From contig CAVWHX010000004.1 of NCBI GenBank assembly GCA_963754925.1, forward strand, positions 672,001 through 736,000: a DNA stretch of 64,000 nucleotides, in the 5' to 3' direction. The notes under the pieces are model-generated. The model did no database searches. It worked only from the letters and a program-made list of their open reading frames with translations, and had not been told where the DNA came from. The stretch is from an uncultured delta proteobacterium (GTDB lineage: Bacteria > Myxococcota > B64-G9). Position numbers and translations under genes: made by a program. Each line of letters opens with the position of its first letter. The stretch's first letter is position 1. This document shows, piece by piece, positions 61,528-64,000 of the stretch.

Positions 61528-61964
61528 GTGCCCTCCTTGCTTGTGTGGGTAAGATTGGCCGGTAGTTGCGGCGCAATCACGTAATGATCGCCTTCGCTGA
61601 GTAGCTTGACCATGGATACGCACGGCTCATTCTGGCCACATGAGCCTGCTCGCACTTCAATGGTCACCCCATCTCTTTCACGCGAAATTACGTCGATACT
61701 TTTCAGCGGCACCAGCACATCGGCATGCGCTGCAGGAAAGAATGCCCTGCGTACCTCGTCGCCATCGATAACGTGATTCAAGAATGTCTGTTGTTGAGCA
61801 ATAGCATCTTGAGACTCGCGCGACAAAAACCCGAGCGCCCGGTCCCAATTTTTCTCGGCCAGTGCTTGATAAAATCCGCGATAGACTTCCTCAGGGGAAG
61901 AAACGTCGAGCGGCGTACAGCTCAAGCCCAGCAGGACAGCCAACGCGACCAGGTACCGCATCAT
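61524..61964 (-). CDS. Hypothetical lipoprotein (NTF2-like pattern)
   Basis: MMRYLVALAVLLGLSC; SPEEVYRGFYQAL...W..A...LS; RBS GGAGG. Confidence 0.7.
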   Translation of the reverse strand: MMRYLVALAVLLGLSCTPLDVSSPEEVYRGFYQALAEKNWDRALGFLSRESQDAIAQQQTFLNHVIDGDEVRRAFFPAAHADVLVPLKSIDVISRERDGVTIEVRAGSCGQNEPCVSMVKLLSEGDHYVIAPQLPANLTHTSKEGT

Positions 61965-62016
61965 CTCACCTCCAACCCCCTTGGCATGACAACCATTCAC
62001 GTGGTAAGCAACGACG

Positions 62017-63015
62017 ATGATCCACCGTGTCTCACCAAACCAGGTTTTGATCCGTGCGCCGGCTAAAGTCAACTTATTCTTGCACGTCCGCGGCCGCCTT
62101 CCGGACGGATACCATGAGATCGATTCGCTGATGGTGCCCATAGAACTATACGACACTCTTTCCATCGAGACCCGTCCCTTTGGCATAAGCGTGCGTTGCC
62201 CCGGTCATGCCGACCTCGATGGCCGCATGAATCTATGCTACCAGGCCGCAGAGATATATTTGAAAGAGATCGGCTGGCCAATCGGAGTCAACATCGAGAT
62301 AACAAAAAAAATTCCCCTGGCGGCCGGCCTCGGCGGGGGAAGCTCAGACGCCGCCGCCACCCTGCTGGCCCTCCAGTACCTGCTGGATTCTCCCTTACCC
62401 GCCGCACAGGCGCTGCGCCTCGCAAGCCGGCTAGGAGCAGACGTTCCTTTCTTTCTCATGAGATGCCCCTGCCGTGCCCACGGAATCGGTGAGAAACTCA
62501 CCCCGGTACTGGAATTACCAACCATTTGGCTCATCTTGGCCTGTGCGCCCTTTGGGCTGTCCACCCGAATGATATTCCAAGACTTTGATAATTCAAATGA
62601 AATTTCCTCCGGACCGATAAACAACCAGAATCTGCTCGCACCGCAGGAAGGGGCCGGGTCTCCCGGATTGTCGTCGCCCGAAAAGACATTCAAAAATCTA
62701 AAAATAACGTTGACATCTGGTCCTCCCGATGATAGGCATGTGCCCGCTGGTTGGGCATTTAGGCAGCTCGTCTCGCACATTAACAATGATCTGCAACCGA
62801 TCAGCGAGAGAAGACATCCAGAGATTGAGAATATGCGAGACGAGTTGATGAGAGCCGGCGCCGCAGGTGCGTCGATGAGTGGGAGTGGTCCGACGGTTTT
62901 TGGTGTTTTTCGGACACGTGTGGCCGCTTGGAGGGCGCGCCGTTGTCTGAGGGTGAAGGGCTGGAAATACCTAGTGGCAAAAGGTATCACATCTGCTGGG
63001 CGCACCATTGAATGA
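62017..63015 (+). CDS. ispE: 4-diphosphocytidyl-2-C-methyl-D-erythritol kinase
   Basis: APAKVNLFL, GYHEIDS, KKIPLAAGLGGGSSDAA, GADVPFF, MSGSGPTVF. Confidence 0.96.
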   Translation: MIHRVSPNQVLIRAPAKVNLFLHVRGRLPDGYHEIDSLMVPIELYDTLSIETRPFGISVRCPGHADLDGRMNLCYQAAEIYLKEIGWPIGVNIEITKKIPLAAGLGGGSSDAAATLLALQYLLDSPLPAAQALRLASRLGADVPFFLMRCPCRAHGIGEKLTPVLELPTIWLILACAPFGLSTRMIFQDFDNSNEISSGPINNQNLLAPQEGAGSPGLSSPEKTFKNLKITLTSGPPDDRHVPAGWAFRQLVSHINNDLQPISERRHPEIENMRDELMRAGAAGASMSGSGPTVFGVFRTRVAAWRARRCLRVKGWKYLVAKGITSAGRTIE

Positions 63016-63063
63016 CGCAACAGGAGTCTCGCCGGTGAAGCCGGGAGACAGGGGAGTTCCGCC

Positions 63064-63435
63064 ATGGAGATTACCGAGGTGAGGGTGTTCCCGGTTGACG
63101 AAGATAAGCTCAAAGCCTATGCCACCATCACGTTCGACAATTGCTTCGTCGTCCGAGATTTGAAAGTAATCCAGGGAAACAATGGGTTGTTCGTCGCGAT
63201 GCCCAGCAAAAAGCGTAAGGATGGAACCTTTAAAGATACCGCCCATCCGCTCAACACCGAAACGCGTGAAATGATAGAAGCCAAGGTACTGGCAGAATAT
63301 CGAAAAGAATTAGAGCGTTTGGGTTCGCCACCGCCCCAGGTCGGCAACCGACAACTTGACAAATCCCTCGATGCGGATGGAGACAAGGCCTCGTCAGAGG
63401 GAAAAGCCAACGCAGAAGAGGACGACGGAACCTAA
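63064..63435 (+). CDS. spoVG: SpoVG
   Basis: MEITEVRV...LFVAMPSKK..DGTFKDTAHPLN. Confidence 0.95.
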   Translation: MEITEVRVFPVDEDKLKAYATITFDNCFVVRDLKVIQGNNGLFVAMPSKKRKDGTFKDTAHPLNTETREMIEAKVLAEYRKELERLGSPPPQVGNRQLDKSLDADGDKASSEGKANAEEDDGT

Positions 63436-63496
63436 CGCCGTATATATACCATGAAGGTTACGAGAAAAGACAACCCCTCGCGGAGATCCTTATAGT

Positions 63497-64000
63497 ATGC
63501 CCCAGAGAGGACTAACCCCGTCAGATGCGCCGTTGCTCTTTTCCGGCAATTCAAACCGGATGCTGGCCGAGGCGATTGCCAGCTACTTGCACATTCCTTT
63601 GGCCAAAGCGAAGGTGGCCTATTTCTCGGACGGCGAAACCATCGTTGAGATCGGTGAGAATGTTCGCGGACGAGAGACGTTTGTCATCCAATCGACAAGT
63701 TCCCCGACCAACCACCATTTGGTTGAGCTCCTGGTGATCATTGATGCTCTCAAGCGAGCATCCGCTTCACAAATTGTTGCAGTACTTCCCTACTACGGTT
63801 ACGCCCGACAAGATCGTAAGGTGGCTCCACGCACCCCGATTACCGCCAAGCTCGTGGCTGATCTGTTGACCGCCGCTGGCGCAACCCGGGTGCTATCACT
63901 CGACCTCCATGCAGGTCAAATCCAAGGTTTTTTCAACATTCCGTTCGACCATCTATATGCCTCGCCGGTTCTCTTGGATGACATCAAGAGTCGTTACCGG
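63497..64000 (+). CDS. prs: Ribose-phosphate pyrophosphokinase (partial)
   Basis: Manual translation: LFSGNSN...FSDGE...ENVRG...[11 protein letters not shown]...[11 protein letters not shown]. Confidence 0.96.
   Translation, partial: MPQRGLTPSDAPLLFSGNSNRMLAEAIASYLHIPLAKAKVAYFSDGETIVEIGENVRGRETFVIQSTSSPTNHHLVELLVIIDALKRASASQIVAVLPYYGYARQDRKVAPRTPITAKLVADLLTAAGATRVLSLDLHAGQIQGFFNIPFDHLYASPVLLDDIKSRYR

Noticed and set aside
63016..63496. tRNA-Gln often found between ispE and prs
   Set aside because: Gaps are only 48 and 61 bp with no cloverleaf or T-loop motif

Overview
Chromosomal window from a probable anaerobic Myxococcota/'Deltaproteobacteria'-like bacterium (taxonomy inferred from gene content). 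Housekeeping genes: glmU (partial), crotonase, mtnA, rplU-rpmA-obgE, pssA, kbl, M16 peptidase, grpE-dnaK, clpB, asnS, mntH, hrpB, ispE-spoVG-prs (partial). The more unusual blocks are: (1) a ~22 kb minus-strand locus carrying mglBA, an Agl-Glt-like core (TPR proteins, gltD/E/F/G-like genes and the aglRQS-like motor in one run), then a coiled-coil protein, a stand-alone cNMP-binding protein, a 1282-aa beta-propeller + 9 Ig-repeat adhesin candidate, and a secreted protein/beta-barrel/short OPX export trio; (2) a four-subunit 2-oxoacid:ferredoxin oxidoreductase tightly linked to a HydABC/NuoEFG-like module that has electron-bifurcation signatures but no H-cluster; (3) a GCGAAGC-rich palindromic repeat family that forms a 63-bp tandem array and intrudes into gene ends; (4) an MqsRA-like toxin-antitoxin pair between dnaK and clpB; (5) a Cys-rich GH5 plus lipase islet. 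Five single-base indels in short homopolymers split otherwise intact genes and are most likely assembly errors. All family calls come from motif recognition by eye; no searches were run.
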